A stretch of DNA of 64,000 bases, taken from the NCBI RefSeq assembly GCF_006345805.1, contig NC_043006.1:74462001-74526000 (forward strand), in the 5' to 3' direction. Every line of letters begins with the position of its first letter. The first letter of the stretch is position 1. Shown one piece after another: positions 25,987-39,240 of this stretch. Source of the stretch: Octopus sinensis (lineage: Eukaryota). Position numbers and translations under genes: made by a program. Below the pieces are notes generated by a model. That model was not told the DNA's origin, did not search any database, and was given only the letters and a program-made list of their open reading frames with translations.

Positions 25987-26117
25987 CAGGGTGTCCCAAA
26001 AAAATGTATACACACCTTAAATAATTGTAAATTTGTTATTCTTTGTAAGCCTAGTACTTATTCTATCGTTCTCTTTTGCCGAACCACTATGTGTATACAT
26101 TTTTTTGGGACACCCTG
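25987..26117. mobile_element. 131-bp Tc1/mariner-type MITE
   Basis: Perfect 28-bp TIRs cagggtgtcccaaaaaaatgtatacaca (25987-26014 / 26090-26117), TA on both sides, set inside a (TATG)n tract. Confidence 0.9.
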
Positions 26118-26556
26118 TATGTATGTATATATATATGTATGTATATATATATATGTATGTATGTGTGTGTGTGTGTGTGTGTGTATACATTCATGTGTAT
26201 GTGTATGTTGATTTATTTTGTATTCGAAACAGGTCTTTTTCATGTCTTCCATTTATTGGCTAATCACGTGTATTGCTTGATTAACATTATATTTATAATT
26301 TGCTGTTTGATTAACACGTTTAACTAACATAGCTTTACAACGAGATTGTTATAATATTATTTATAACACATCCACATCTCGCCGTACCGAAACTTTACAC
26401 ACATACATACATATACACGTATATGAGTGCTCATATTCATGCGTGTATGTAGATAGATGCATGCATGCATGCATGCATGCATACATACATACATACATAC
26501 ATAGGTAGGTTGGTGGTTAGGTAGGTAGGTAGATAGGTAAGTATATATATATATAT

Positions 26557-26608
<52 letters not shown>

Positions 26609-26723
26609 GACAGACAGATACATATATATATATAATATATATATAGACAGACAGATACATATATATATATATATATATAGACAGACAGATACATACATAT
26701 ATATATGTAGATAGATACGTACG

Positions 26724-26760
<37 letters not shown>

Positions 26761-27300
26761 GCTTCGTTATTGATTAATACGAAGATGTCACATGTAATAA
26801 AAGCATAGTCTTTATGTCAGATCCAAAATTTCAAAATACAATGAGCATTTCAATTTAATTCTAAATAGAGACATAATTTGTATAGGAATTTAAGTGAATA
26901 TTTGCACAAATTAGAGGAAAGGAAATTTAAATTATATCCGGCATAGAAGGAACCACTAAGGCTAATATAAATACATACCTCTATAATATAAGCATTAATT
27001 TGGACAATTTAATTGTAAGCTAATTTTAATACATTAAATGTAAAAATATAGTACGATGAATATTGTATAAATGGCAACAGAAACTATGCATGTATGCAGT
27101 GGTGTGCATTTACGTATACATATATGTATGCATGTATACTCACATATATATTCGTATATGTATGCTTACACATGTATTATATATGTGTCAATATATATAT
27201 ATCCGTATATACACATATATGTATATATGTATATATTTACATATATATATGCATATATATATATCTATATATATACCTATAGATATATATAGAGAGAGAG

Positions 27301-27356
<56 letters not shown>

Positions 27357-27699
27357 GTGTATATGCATATGTCGATATAATTATTCGCATATATTTACGT
27401 TAAGATATGTATATACATCCATAGGGCATTATACATGGTGTTGCTCCCTCATTAATATATATATATTGACACATGTATCAATATCTATATCTATCTATAT
27501 ATCTCTATACTTTAGGTATGGTAGATGAGATCAGCAAAAATTTAGATTCAGATGAATATGGTGCTTAAGTTGGAGCACCAGAATTTAATTGCAATGTTCA
27601 ATTAAATTGAGTTGCATGAAACGATCCTACTGCATTACATAGAATATCCTTGTTGCTTATTTTGATTATATATATGTATGTATATATATATATAATATA

Positions 27700-27767
<68 letters not shown>

Positions 27768-28319
27768 TTACATACATATATATTTATTTATTTATTTATA
27801 GGCATCACTTCAGAAAGCGCTATAATCACGCTATAAACCTTTAATGCAAATTGGCTAATACTATCCAAGCCATATTAAATAACTAATTTATATGGAATAT
27901 AACTGAGTGATTATACAAATTAGGAACATAAACATTTAAGCTGAATCTTACATAATATACAAAGAAGTAGGATAATAAAATTGCAGAAATAATAAACTGT
28001 GCGATATTAACGATTATTTGAGATATATTAATAACTTATTTTAAGTACATTCGGAAAAAGAAGAAGAATTATGTGTAGACTATGGTTCTGGTTTCAATCC
28101 CACTGCAAGGTGTATTGGGCCATTATTTTCTCTACCCCAGCGGCTTCGTGAGTAGATTTGGTAGATTGAAACTGGAAGAAGCTTGTCATAAATGCACACG
28201 TAAATAAATACATAGATAAATATGTATAAGTATATATATGATTGGATAATATTAGCCATTTGGCATTGAAGGTTTACAATGTGTAAGATCACGGCGCTTT
28301 TTGAAGTGATGCCGATTTA

Positions 28320-29780
28320 TCTTCTCTCTATATAAACGGCAGTTTGTCTGTCTGTGTGTCTGTCTGTGTGTCTGTCAGGTTGTACCCTCACCCTGACCAC
28401 GGCTTTCAATCGATTCTGATGAAACTTGACACACACATAGCCCAATGTCATAATTCAAAACTAACTTAGCGAAAATTTTCAAAAGTTCCCCCAGTTCTGA
28501 AAAAAATTGATAAATTCGACATGGGGTCGAGAATCTAAGCTTTTTATATGCAACACATTTTCTGTTGTAGTTTTCGCAACTTGCGATCGATTTTCCCCAA
28601 ACTCATAGTGAAGCTTAATGTTACCCTAAGAAACTTAATTCTGACGTTAGTTTTCCATGCAATACCTTACCATCAGAAAAAATCGATAAAATCATGCCAT
28701 TTTGGGAAATCGCGTTCAAATTCAAGATGACATATTTTCGACAATATCTTTCGCAAATTGGCAGGAATTATTTTTTAAATTCACAGCGAGCATCATGTCT
28801 GCTCCAATGAGCTATATGGCCCTTTTTATTCCAATAGTATACTTTATTACTGGAAAAAATCGGTTAATTAAATCATATGTGGCACACATAGCAAATCGAT
28901 TTGTGTATTAAACACAAACCACAGACTGTCTAGGTGACGCAACTCGACCTTTTTAACTCACTTTGCACCACTGTCGACACTCCTGCTAGCCTCTGGGACA
29001 CTGTCTTCCACGACCTACAAAACAATTTACGCGACCTAAAATGGCTGGCAGGCAGAGCTATTCTCGCACCCAAAAATACAACCGTCAACTCCATCAATAT
29101 CCAGCTACTTGAAGCTATTCCTGGTGATGTGCTCATCTACAAATCTATAGATAAGACAGCAGACCCCGCCGAGCTTGCCGATTATCTTGTTGCATTCCTG
29201 AATTCACTTGAACCGCTAGGCCTGCCGCCACACATCCTGAAGTTAAAAGTCGGTGCGCCCATTATGCTCATCAGGAATTTAGTTCCACCTAAACAGTGCA
29301 ACGGCGCACATCTGGTTGTGAAACATTTGGCACCACATTTAATAACGGCTACAATACATACCGGTTGTGGGAAGGGAGAGGACGTCTTCATTCCATGCAT
29401 GCACCTTCAACCGTCGGGCGCTGACCTGCCAATCCACTTCAGGCGTTCTCAGTTTCCTGTTAAACTCTGCTTCACAATGTCGATCAATAAATCCCAAGGC
29501 CAAACGCTACAAGTCGCTGGGTTACATTTGGACGAACAGTGCTTCGCCCACGGTCAACTCTACGTGGGCTGTTCACGTGTTGGGAGGCGCAATGATGTTT
29601 TCATGTTTTCGCCCAAAGGGACAGCTAGGAACATCGTATACACAGACGTATTCGAGTGAAGAGAAGACATTGCAACCTACACATGCGCCTTCGTTCCCTA
29701 GAGGGAAAGGACTAGATTGGGATTAGTCGTTGCCTACTAGGGGCTCTTACATACTCGGGCAACGCCGGGCTATGCTGCTA

Positions 29781-29781
<1 letters not shown>
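28320..29781 (+). mobile_element. Helitron deletion derivative with both termini
   Basis: A|TC 5' end followed by (TCTG)n; 3' hairpin ctcgg-gcaacg-ccggg, then ...gctgCTAG|T; internal PIF1 helicase ORF. Confidence 0.85.
28934..29659 (+). pseudogene. Helitron PIF1-like helicase, C-terminal 241 aa
   Basis: RAILAPKN, LKLKVGAPIMLIRNL..CNG, QFPVKLCFTMSINKSQGQTL, FAHGQLYVGCSRV; Rep domain and Walker A are absent. Confidence 0.9.
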
Positions 29782-29839
<58 letters not shown>

Positions 29840-29934
29840 TGTGTGTGTAGATGCGCAATGGCCTAGTGGTCCTAGGATCGCGGTTTCTATTCCCAGACCG
29901 AGGGTTGTGAGTGTTTATTGAGCGAAAACACCTA

Positions 29935-30146
29935 AATATGAACTTCTTTCCCCGAACAACGAAAGAAACAAATGGAAAACAAGACACGCATCACAAAGAA
30001 CGGCCCTTCACTAGTTCTAGGCTATTTTTTCAATCCTTGAAATACTGATTAGTAAAGCAGCCTACAACTGATGAAGGGTCGTTCTTTGTGTTGCTTGTCT
30101 TGTTTTCCATTTGTTTCTTACGTTTTTCGAGAAAAAAGTTCATATT
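29935..30146. repeat. inverted repeat (pLTR-like) next to (TA)n
   Basis: aatatgaacttc...aagaaacaaatggaaaacaagac...cccttca..agttctaggct pairs with agcctacaactgatgaagggtcgttctttgtg...gttcatatt; about 23-nt spacer. Confidence 0.75.
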
Positions 30147-30292
30147 CCACGTATTCGTATTTCGTATTTTATGTTGTTTACGTTTTGTGACGTCCTGTAC
30201 CCACATATGAATATGCATATACATATATAAGTATGTACATATGTATAAATGCATATATATGTTATTTATATTATTATTATAAATATATATAT

Positions 30293-30350
<58 letters not shown>

Positions 30351-30385
30351 ATATATATATACATGTATGAATGTATGTATGTATA

Positions 30386-30422
<37 letters not shown>

Positions 30423-30523
30423 AAGACACACTAAACTTTTACAATGATGTATAATTTTCATATCTTATCACATATATGATAGTTATTGAAGCCCGAAAGT
30501 TCGTTTGCCTTAATTTCGAGACA

Positions 30524-30560
<37 letters not shown>

Positions 30561-32596
30561 CGTTTGTTCCTGACTACCTCTTGGCAAATGTTGTTTAGCG
30601 GTAAGGCAAAAGTGACTAGTAGAACAAGTACCAGGCTTTAAAAAAAGAAAAAGAGACGTCTGGTCTCGATTCATTCGAATAATGTTCGTTCGAGGCAGTG
30701 CCCCAGTATGGTCACAGCCTTATGGCAGAAACAAGTAAAATATAAAAGATAGAAGATATATATATATCAAGTATTAGAGAGAAACAACCAGTTTCATGAC
30801 CCTGTTTCCATCCCAATCAGTTTTAGACGTTTACATCGTTATAAAACAACTTGTGAAATAAATGGTCGTAATAGATTTCCTTGTTTCACATCAGAAGCCT
30901 GTGCATTGAGCACTCTATACTCTACTACTCTGATCTCAGCGTCTTCAAGCAATTGATTACACTGATTATTCATGATCTTGTAAGCCTCTATGATCAAAGG
31001 TATTCCAGCTGTGACCGTTCTGTCTCCTTAGGAGTAATTACGATTGTAATGTGTCCTTCCCGTTCTTTTTTGAGTGCTATTGCAGTAGATTATTTGCGAT
31101 CATGTAGACCAATATATGATCAAAGATATTCCAGCTGTGATTGTTTTGCCTTCTTAAGAGAAATTATGATTACGTTTTATTGTGTCCTTTCCATTTTATT
31201 TTTATATGGTAGTGAAGTGTTATAGGGGGGAGATTTAGTCACTAATTCTAGAAGACTATGCAACTACATCGAATCTCCTTCCGTTGGTCAAAACAAGAGC
31301 AAAATAAAGAAACATTAGTTAATGCAGATCTAGAAAGGATATGCCTGAAAATAAAAACGAATAATAAAGACGGGATATAAAGGTTGAATATCTTTGATTT
31401 GCTGAAAATATGGAAAGCTTCCAGTGTAAGTACACATATAAACGGTTTGTGATATAACTAAACTTATATGTGTTGTAAGTGTTTGCGTGATAACATGCTA
31501 ATGGTGAACATCCTTGTATATGTTTGACACACAGCATTGATTCTTAACTGATTATATATACGCTCACTGATCGTTCCTGTGCATGTATTTGTCGATTGAA
31601 TATTATGACACATCATGTAGCTTTAATTTACAAATGCAAATATATGCATTAATAGATTTCTGGTTTTATTTTCTTTTTTCTTGTTGTTATTGTTGTTGTT
31701 GCTGCTGTTTTAAGCGCATTCATGTAATATGATGGAGAATTAAATATGACGATTAGTCTCATATTTAAGTTATACTGTGCCTTCGAAATCATAATATGGA
31801 GTGAACTCAATTACTAAACGATTCATATGTATTTAGAATAACCGTTATTCTATATTCTAAAGCGTTCACATTTTTATGATAGTCAATATTTGAACGTTAC
31901 TTCGGCCACTGTAATATTCTGTAAAATATAAAAATGTACATTAATTATGATGCTAAATTGTTTTTCACATTTCATATCGATTAAACAAAATAATGAAATA
32001 AATATTAATCTTAAGTTCTAAATATATAAATTAATGTAAACTTTAAATAAAACTAATTTCTCATATGTGTATTTGTAATAGATGTATATTATCGTTAACA
32101 ATAATACAGCTACTTAAATTTTGAGTTCAGTTTTACCTTCCAAATGTTTGTGGTTCAGCAACATAGAGAACCAATTATTACACAAGTCATTTTGACTGAC
32201 TGCCGTCGTAAACCAGTCTGAAACGGGTTTGTTTTGTATAGCAGAGACCAAAAGCTACCCTGCTCTGATGACATGATGTAAGATACCACTGCCTGTGCAT
32301 TAATATTATTTATTTGTAACACGTTAACACAGCATATACACTCGACACATTACACATACTTTCACACTCACAAGTACATACACTCTCGCTCTAAAAGGAA
32401 GTCCCGCTAAAAAGGATGAAGTAATAGACAAAAAGAGGAGTATTATGTACTAGCAGTATAAGTAACATCGAGGAAATCCGACGATGAGCGAAATCCATTG
32501 AAATTGGTTTATATATATATGGGCACCATACACTCACGCACGAACGTACACCTATAGCATACATATTTTTTGTATGCATAGATGTTCATGTGTGTG

Positions 32597-32674
<78 letters not shown>

Positions 32675-34205
32675 GCCCGAATATCAACAAAACACTTTTT
32701 CCTCGATGGAAAAAAAACAACAAAAGTCTTAACAAAAACGTATTCGTCGCTAGAAGGGAACTTAACTCCTGTTTGCAAACAATGATGATTTCTCCGACTT
32801 GAGAATTGTTAAAAGTTTTGGTTGAAAATTAATTTTACTGCTATTCGGTGGTGCCTCTGGTAAAAAAACAAATAGGTTGACGAAAATAGAGCTAGGGCCA
32901 TGACGAATTTCCTCCTAAAATTGGAGCGACATGCGTGTTAATTTGTGGACATGCATAAATTACATTCACGTACACACACACACATCTCGCCTTTTATATA
33001 TACAGAATAGCCATGGTGTACGAGAGATATGGAAAAACACTGATCATATGCAAAAAATTGATCATATGTAAAAAAAGACTGATCATAGACAGAGTGTGAA
33101 ATCGTCTCGATCTCTACTACATCCATTTTATAAAAGGTGAGTTCCCACCAGTCCAGCTACTCATGCAAACTTGAGTTTCGATCGAACTGTTTCGCTTACT
33201 CGCTATCCATGCAATTTCTGGTCGTGCTTAGGTGATTAATACAGGATCAATCCTTAAGAACTATGCTCTCAAAATGCACTTTTTCTAAATACATTTTCCT
33301 AAACAGTAAATTTCTTAATAAAACAGAGTCGGCCATTATGTTGCGGTCATGCTGCGGTCAACTTGTTACATAATTTTTATACCTGTATATATTTGTTTTC
33401 ACGCCGTTGAAATAAATCCTTTTCACTTACGTTGAATCACTAAAATGATACTGTTGACACAGTCTCATTTTTATCGCCTTTATAAATGTTAAAATCTTGT
33501 TCTTATGTAAGAAATCAATTTGGGGAAAATGAAATAAAACGTCATGAGCATGGTTGTATTTGTTGTATAGAAATACGATCGGAAATATAAAATCGCATAT
33601 GACCCTTCAAGTAGTTTGCTACTGTTTGCAAAACTTCACATTTGCTTGTATTAACAAAATGGAAATACTAGCAATGCAAGTATAAATGTAAATTTATACC
33701 AAAGAGAAAAAAATATGTTACAAAGAATACATTACTAAGAAGAAAATCGTAGAACCTTTTAAGAAATTTGTAAAAGAATTCATGTTTTCTCCCAAGACGG
33801 CAATATTTTTGTTTCCATATTCATAGTTTTTAACAAGTGACATGAAGATATTTCATGTATTGCACAAACAAGAGTCTGTAGTTGAGAAATCGTCTTCTTA
33901 ATCATGTGATTCATGTCAGTCGTACTTTGCAGTAGCCTTTGCTCGAGTTTATTTTAACATCATCACATGAACTGGTAGGATTCTTTATGAGTGGTATTTA
34001 GTAGATGTAAAATTGTGAATGTCTTTAATGCATGGGTATGTATATAGACGTAGGTGTGGCTGGGTGGTAAGAAGCTCGCTTCGCAACCACATAGTTCCGA
34101 GCATAGTCCCACTGCGTGGCACTTTCGTCATGGGCCTTCTACTATAGCCTCGGGCTGACCAAAACTTTATGTGTGTATTTGGTGGACTGAAACTGAAGAA
34201 AAAGG

Positions 34206-34590
34206 CTCTCCCACCCTAAACACACCAAGCTCTCCGTCCCCTATTCCCAATTCCTCCATCAACGCAGGCTCTGCAGTGATAACCATGATTTTGAGACTCA
34301 GTCTCAACTCATGGCTCGCCACTTCATCATACGTGGATATCCCCTCACCACTATCCGTACCGCCCTTGCCAGAACTCGTTCAGTGGACCCTGCATCTGCT
34401 CCCCACCGCACCCATCCCGCCGTCTTCCGCCTCCCGTTTCCCCTCACCTACCACCAGACCACACACCACCACCACACCACACACCACCATTCCAAGCTAC
34501 ACCACATCACGCCACCCCGCACACACTAGCACTGACTACATCAAAGGCCCCACACCAGTGCACACACCAACACTGACCACTTCCCAGTAT
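34206..34590 (+). mobile_element. internally deleted PLE fragment (RT thumb fused to 3' UTR)
   Basis: LSHPKHTKLSVPYSQFLHQRRLCSDNHDFETQSQLMARHFIIRGYP...RLPFPLTYH, followed by C/A-rich sequence ending cactgaccacttcccag as in the 3' UTR of the 2040-3380 element. Confidence 0.75.
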
Positions 34591-35159
34591 ATATACATAT
34601 ATATATATGGGTGTGTGTGTGTGTATATGTACACACACACACACATATATATAAATATATATATGTATGCATGCATGCATGTATGTATGTATGTATGTAT
34701 GTATGTATGTATGTATGTATGTATGTATGTATACATACATAACAAAGAAAAGTGGTAAGGTACCGCACGAGTGGAATTATATATGAAAGAAGGTTTGAAA
34801 ATGCAATTTTAAAAGATGTTTATTCACTTGACTGGTTTCACTTTTTTAGAAAAAGATTGTCAAAAGTAAAATGTAAAAGCTTTGTTGTGTTAGGTACTGG
34901 TTGTCACAAAATATTACAATACATATATACATTCTTTGATTATAATATGTTGAAAACAATTTACAAGGAAAAATCTTGGGAAAATATTAAGCACAAAAAA
35001 TTAAAATACATATATACATTCTTTGATAATAATGAGAAAATGTTTAAAAAATGTTCATGAAAATTATTAGGATTTTATTACAAATCGTGTTTGTTTGGAA
35101 GTATCTATATATATATATATATATACACACACAGAAAATTATAAGTTCATTCCATTCCA

Positions 35160-35370
35160 TCGCAGCGTTGCCCAAGAAACAGGAAGAAAGAGTGAGAGAA
35201 AGTTGGGGCGAAAGAGTACAACAGGGGTCGCCACCATCCCCTTGCCGGAGCCTCGTGGAGCTTTAGGTGTTTTTGCTCAATAAACACACACAACGCCCGG
35301 TCTGGGAATCGAAATCGCGAACCTCCGACTGCGAGTCCGCTGCCCTAACCACTGGGCCATTGCGACTCCG
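35160..35370 (-). mobile_element. SINE family A, 5' part
   Basis: Reverse complement of ggag.cgcaatggcccagtggttagggcagcggactcgc... Confidence 0.85.
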
Positions 35371-35399
35371 CTATTGAAAATATTACCTAAGTAATTACA

Positions 35400-35560
35400 A
35401 AGGGGTGTACTTGGGGACAAAACAGATGGTGGTTCAGAGATTCTACAAAACTCATGGATGAATACTACAAGTCTGTGTCATAATCTTGGTTTTCTTTAGA
35501 TAGCTGGTGAGGTTGGACACAGACTTTCCGTTAGAGAACTGTTCATTTTAATATCAGGAA
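35400..35560 (-). pseudogene. short RTE-like RT remnant
   Basis: Similar to 19451-19525; minus strand EQFSNGKSVSNLTSYLKKTKIMTQ. Confidence 0.55.
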
Positions 35561-35986
35561 ATTGGGTTCTTCAAAAACAAACTTGTTCTAAGTTCCCAAC
35601 TATGGTCAGAAAACATGCACAGAATGAATTTGAGCTTTCAAGGGTTTCACACTCACCTCAACCACACTACAATGTACTTGTGTACAGGGTGTTAGTCTGG
35701 ATTACTGTGCTAGTCGCATCGTACTGTCAATCCATAACATATACTCTGTGTGTGTGTGCGTGCGTGTGTATGTGTGTGTGTGTGTGCGTGCGTGTGTGTG
35801 TGTGTGTTTGTGTGTGTGTGCGAGTGTGTGTTTCTGTGATTGTTTGTGTGTACGCGCTCTGATTAAGCTGTAAGGTGTTACTCGGGTACCATTCAACTAT
35901 GAATCCCCTGCACCTTATACCAGAAACAGCTGTAAGCTAATTAATTTTATTCCTTTGTCATCTCTTCTTTCTTACAAATAAACACA

Positions 35987-36147
35987 TGGCGCAGGAGTGG
36001 CTGTGTGGTAAGTAGCTTGCTTACTAGCCACATGGTTCCGGGTTCAGAGCCACTGCGTGCCACCTTCGGCAAGTGTCTTCTACTATAACCTCGGGCCGAC
36101 CAAAGCCTTGTGAGTGGATTTGGTAGACGGAAACTGAAAGAAGCCCG

Positions 36148-36186
<39 letters not shown>

Positions 36187-36358
36187 CGTGTGTGTTTGTG
36201 TGTCTGTGCTTGTCCCCCCAACTTCGCTTGACAACCTATGCTGAAGTGTTTACGTCCCCGTAACTTAGCGGTTCGGGAAAAGAGACCGATAGAATAAGTT
36301 CTAGGCTGACAAAGAATAAGTCCTGGGGGTCAATTTGCTCGACTAAAAGAGTAAAAGA
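35987..36358 (+). mobile_element. SINE family B
   Basis: Head, internal (TA)n, and tail to taaaagagtaaaagag. Confidence 0.85.
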
Positions 36359-36397
36359 GTATATATGTGTTTACGTTATATGATTTAAGCGTTGACA

Positions 36398-36980
36398 CAG
36401 GCGGCAAGCTAGCATAAACGTTAGCACACCGGGCGAAATGCTTAGCGGTATATCGTCTGCCGCTACGTTCTGAGTTCAAATTCCGCCGAGGTCGACTTTG
36501 CCTTTCATCCTTTCGGGTTCGATTAAAGAAGTACCAGTTACACAATGGGGTCGATATAATCGACTTAATCCGTTTGTCTGTCCTTGTTTGTCCCCTCTGT
36601 GTTTAGCCCCTGGTGGGTAGTAAAGAAATAGGTATTTCGTCAGCGGTTACGTTCTGAGTTCAAATTCCGCCGAGGTCGACTTTGCCTTTTATCCTTTCGG
36701 GTTCGATTAAATAAGTACCAGTTACGCAATGGGGTCTATATAATCGACTTAATCCGTTTGTCTGTCCTTGTTTGTCCACTCTGTGTTTAGCCCCTTGTGG
36801 GTAGTAACGAAATAAGTATTTCGTCACTCTTTACGTTCTAAGTTCAAATTCCGCCGAGGTCAAGTTTGCCTTTCATCCTTTTGGGGTCGATAAATTGAGT
36901 ACCAGTTGCATACTGGAGTCGATCTAATCGATTGGGCCCCCTCCCCCAAAATTTTGGGCCTTGTGCCTAGAGTAGAAAAG
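36398..36980 (+). mobile_element. SINE family C, 3 tandem 184-bp units plus tail
   Basis: Unit starts at 36447, 36631 and 36815. Confidence 0.9.
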
Positions 36981-37125
36981 AATACAAGCGTTTACATATA
37001 TCATGTAAAGAGAACATGTAGATATGTGTGTAATTGTGTGTGTTTGTGTCACGAATTTTATAATCATTTGTAAGGCAACTTGGTAGAAATTATTTTGCCA
37101 GGCCTAGATACGATATATCAAGTGG

Positions 37126-37181
<56 letters not shown>

Positions 37182-37308
37182 CATGTCACCGTTTATGTAT
37201 GAGTGCATATGTGCGAGCGTGTGTGTTTGTGTATATATGTGTGTTATATAAATATATGCGTGAATGTATGTATACATGCTGGTGTGTCACTTTCACCAAT
37301 ATAAATTG

Positions 37309-37677
37309 TGGCACTCCGTCGGTTACGATGACGCGTGTTTCAGTTGATCAGATCAACGGAACAGCCTGCTCGTGAAATTAAGGAGTAAGTGGCTGAGCAC
37401 TCCGCAGATGCGTGTACCCTTTATATAGTTCTCTGTGAGGTTCTGCATGACACAGCCTGTGACAAGGCTGGCCCTTTGAAATACAGGTACAACAGAAACA
37501 GGAAGAAAGAGTGAGAGAATGTTGTGGTGAAAGAGTAGAGCAGGGTTTGCTACCACCCCGCTATCAGAGCCTCGTGGAGCTTTTAGGTGTTTTTGCTCAA
37601 TAAACACTCACTGGGAATCGAAACCGCGATCCTACGACCGCGAGTCGGCTGTCTTAACCACCGACCATTGCGCCTCC
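37309..37677 (-). mobile_element. full-length SINE family A
   Basis: Reverse complement of the 57871-58237 copy. Confidence 0.9.
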
Positions 37678-38939
37678 ACCCAATATAAATAGCCAATAGG
37701 CTTAAACCACACCGAGACTTCTCATAAGACAGTGCTTTGTGATGCATCTGTACTTGGCGCGTTGCACAAATTTCCCTTCCTTATCGTCTGTGAAACAATA
37801 ATTCTCGCGTTGTAAAACTGAAAGCTGTGGCATCATTGGTAACGAAATTATTAATGTGAAACAGAATTTAAAATTTATATGTAATTATACTCTTTCCTTA
37901 CTGCTAAGTTTGTTCTAAGTTTGTGCAGGTTAAATGCTAAACAAAATCTATGTATAATTAATATATGTTAAACCGACAATTCATTTGTTCACTAAACTAC
38001 CCAGAGATCTCTTCGTCCCTTTCTTAATATCAGCTACGGTACTTAACGCATATAACGAGACAAGTTATTGGACATAATAGATCGTAGGAATGAATACGTT
38101 AAATCTATTTACAACCCTTTGTTCAGATTTCAAGTTGTAACGTCATTAAAATAAATGTCATCATTACACCGATCTTAACCGCACACCTGCGATATAAAGT
38201 CTTGATTTTGAGACTTAGTTAAGCAACACATATTATTTAACTCACAGTTAACTTTATTACATTTTTCAGAGACTGAGAAACTTTGTATAAAAATCGTAAA
38301 CCAAACGGATAAAAGTATTTGTGTCTATGTGCCTGTTACATTATATATGTGCATGAGTATATGTATGTACATGTGTTTGTGTATACATTCATTGATAGAT
38401 ATATACGTATATAAATACAAACTGTATTTGATGGCGTAAAAGATATACGAGGACATACTAAGAAAAAAAGTTTTTAGTGCCACAAAGCACATGATATTTA
38501 AAGCAATCAAGCAGAATATTAGAGAACATTACAGAAGTGTACTCAAAATATAGCAGATAACATTGCTAAATGTGAAGTATAAGTTTGCAGTACAGCAGGA
38601 CATCAGATAAGAAATTACGATAGGGCAGATATCCAACGTGATTACAGTAACAAAACATGCAAGAAAAAACAAATCTGCTTTCTTAACAGCAGGTTTCCAC
38701 TAGAGCTGAACATAATCGAAATCACAGTAAAAAGAAAAAACATTAACCATCTTCAAAGCCAGAAAAAAATTGCATCATCAAATCGTATAAAATCTACATC
38801 ATAATTGCTGATTTCCCTACTTAAATTACTGTCTTCGGATAACGCATGCCACCGAAAGGTATTGTTTATACCACACCTTATAAAATGCCTTAACAATTAT
38901 TTCAGTCCTTACTTAACCCTTTAGACGTTTCCATCATGT

Positions 38940-39240
38940 GTAATGATGGGTCACTTCATTCTTCCTGTGGGAGGGAGGCCATGATATGGATTTCCCATTC
39001 TTTTGTTCCAATGTCCTTGTATGTTTCGTTTAAATGGTTTATTCCCAAACACATCTAAAAGCTGCAATTGGCTCGACAGTCCATCTGGTATGACAACAAA
39101 CTGGGATTTCAATTCCCTATCTTTTTTTCATGGTTTCAGTTTTATCTGCTGTAATCTGATAGCAAACCCGAAATTTCCTTTATCACCCACCAGAACGATT
39201 TGCCCAGGCATTTTTTAATCATAGTTTCATTCCAGCTGAG
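38940..39240 (-). pseudogene. pogo/Tigger-family DDE transposase remnant
   Basis: Not in the ORF track in this frame. Minus strand AWANRSGG...SQFVVIPDGLSSQLQLLDVFGNKPFKRNIQGHW..HGLPPTGRMK*P matches VIPGG.TSQLQ.LDV..NKPFK...LTPTGR.KRP. Confidence 0.75.

Noticed and set aside
28934-29659. PIF1 helicase as a host gene
   Set aside because: Intronless, partial and enclosed by Helitron termini.
30790-30830. Hammerhead candidate on the minus strand (CTGATTG...GTCATGAAACTGGTT)
   Set aside because: The core and helix II are too degenerate to support.
30881-31225. 114-aa ORF with repeated YDQRYSSCD
   Set aside because: Reflects a short local DNA duplication (tatgatcaaag.tattccagctgtga); no recognisable protein family.
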